Below are positions 43,099-43,647 of a DNA stretch of 43,647 bases, in pieces (within the stretch, counting starts at the first letter, position 1; each line of letters starts with the position of its first letter). Position numbers and translations under genes: made by a program. Where the stretch lies: positions 1-43,647 of IMG/VR virus record IMGVR_UViG_3300012940_000048; one strand, written 5' to 3'. The notes beneath the pieces are model-generated. The model did not search any database. It was given only the letters and a program-made list of their open reading frames with translations, and was not told where the DNA came from. The stretch is from a virus. Its lineage: Duplodnaviria > Caudoviricetes.

Positions 43099-43617
43099 AT
43101 GGCACAGGTTAATATCGAGCGCCGCTTCGCGCACCGCACCTATGGCGCAATCGGCGCGGTCAGCCTTTCGGCTAACGTCACCGAGGTGAAGATTGATGGA
43201 GCGGCGCTGCCCGAAGCATCGGTTGAATATCTTCTGCATTTTGCGTTGCAATCCTTGCAGGATGCTTACGCCGGGGCAAAGACGCCGGACGAGGCAAAGG
43301 CGAACTGGGAAAAGAAGCTCACGGCGCTGAAGGAAGGGACCATCGGAGTTAGGGGCGGCGGCGAGGGCGTGACGGAGGAGACAAGGGTCTCCCGCGCCGT
43401 GGTCCGCCAGATGGTTAAGGCGAAATTTGGCGCGAAGAGCCCCGAATGGGCGAAGTTCACCGGCCTTTCTGACGCGGATCAGAATGAAAAGCTGGATGAA
43501 TGGTACGCGGCTAACGAAGAGCGGCTGCGCCCGGCAGTGGAAGAGGAACTCAAGCGGCGTGAAGCGGCTCGCAAGGCCAAGGCGAAGCTGACCGATAGCG
43601 TGGTTTTCGAGCTTTAA
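43099..43617 (+). CDS. Hypothetical early protein (172 aa)
   Basis: GGAG RBS immediately after HH-B. Confidence 0.85.
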   Translation: MAQVNIERRFAHRTYGAIGAVSLSANVTEVKIDGAALPEASVEYLLHFALQSLQDAYAGAKTPDEAKANWEKKLTALKEGTIGVRGGGEGVTEETRVSRAVVRQMVKAKFGAKSPEWAKFTGLSDADQNEKLDEWYAANEERLRPAVEEELKRREAARKAKAKLTDSVVFEL

Positions 43618-43647
43618 AGCACGCAGCGCAACCACAAAAGAGCCCCG

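Larger units (their letters stand above)
1..43647. mobile_element. Near-complete podovirus (Caudoviricetes) genome with BPP-1/T7-like virion module
   Basis: Terminase, portal, scaffold, capsid, tail tubes, ejection proteins, tailspike and lysis genes on the - strand; early and replication genes on the + strand; no host housekeeping genes. Confidence 0.97.

Noticed and set aside
43600-43647. Exact circular closure or terminal repeat with position 1
   Set aside because: No repeated sequence at the two ends, and joining them gives no start codon for ORF 2-166

Overview
The window is a nearly complete ~43.6 kb podovirus genome. The host is probably an alphaproteobacterium (Rhizobiaceae-like), inferred from promoter style and gene content. 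The + arm (42.5 kb to the end, then 1-19.3 kb) carries many small early genes and a recombination/replication module: SF1 helicase, HIRAN protein, Cas4-like exonuclease, Sak4-like ATPase, SSB-like protein, ParB-methyltransferase fusion, UDG-exonuclease, intein-bearing PolA and a DUF3987-like ATPase. The - arm (42.2-19.3 kb) carries a BPP-1/T7-type morphogenesis module (terminases, portal, scaffold, capsid, cement, tail tubes, ejection proteins, tailspike) and a lysis cassette. I recognised no integrase, RNA polymerase, primase, tRNA or CRISPR array. The ends do not join into an intact gene, so a short piece is probably missing. Best leads: (1) two pseudoknotted type II hammerhead ribozymes in the early transcript, bracketing a multi-gene segment whose ligation would rebuild a chimeric hammerhead; (2) a 35-bp palindrome in three intergenic copies; (3) a PolA split inside its proofreading domain, with a UDG fusion, an intervening DUF1937-like gene and an intein; (4) a chaperone-less endosialidase (GH58)-like tailspike. 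All protein family calls come from motif recognition by eye, not database searches.
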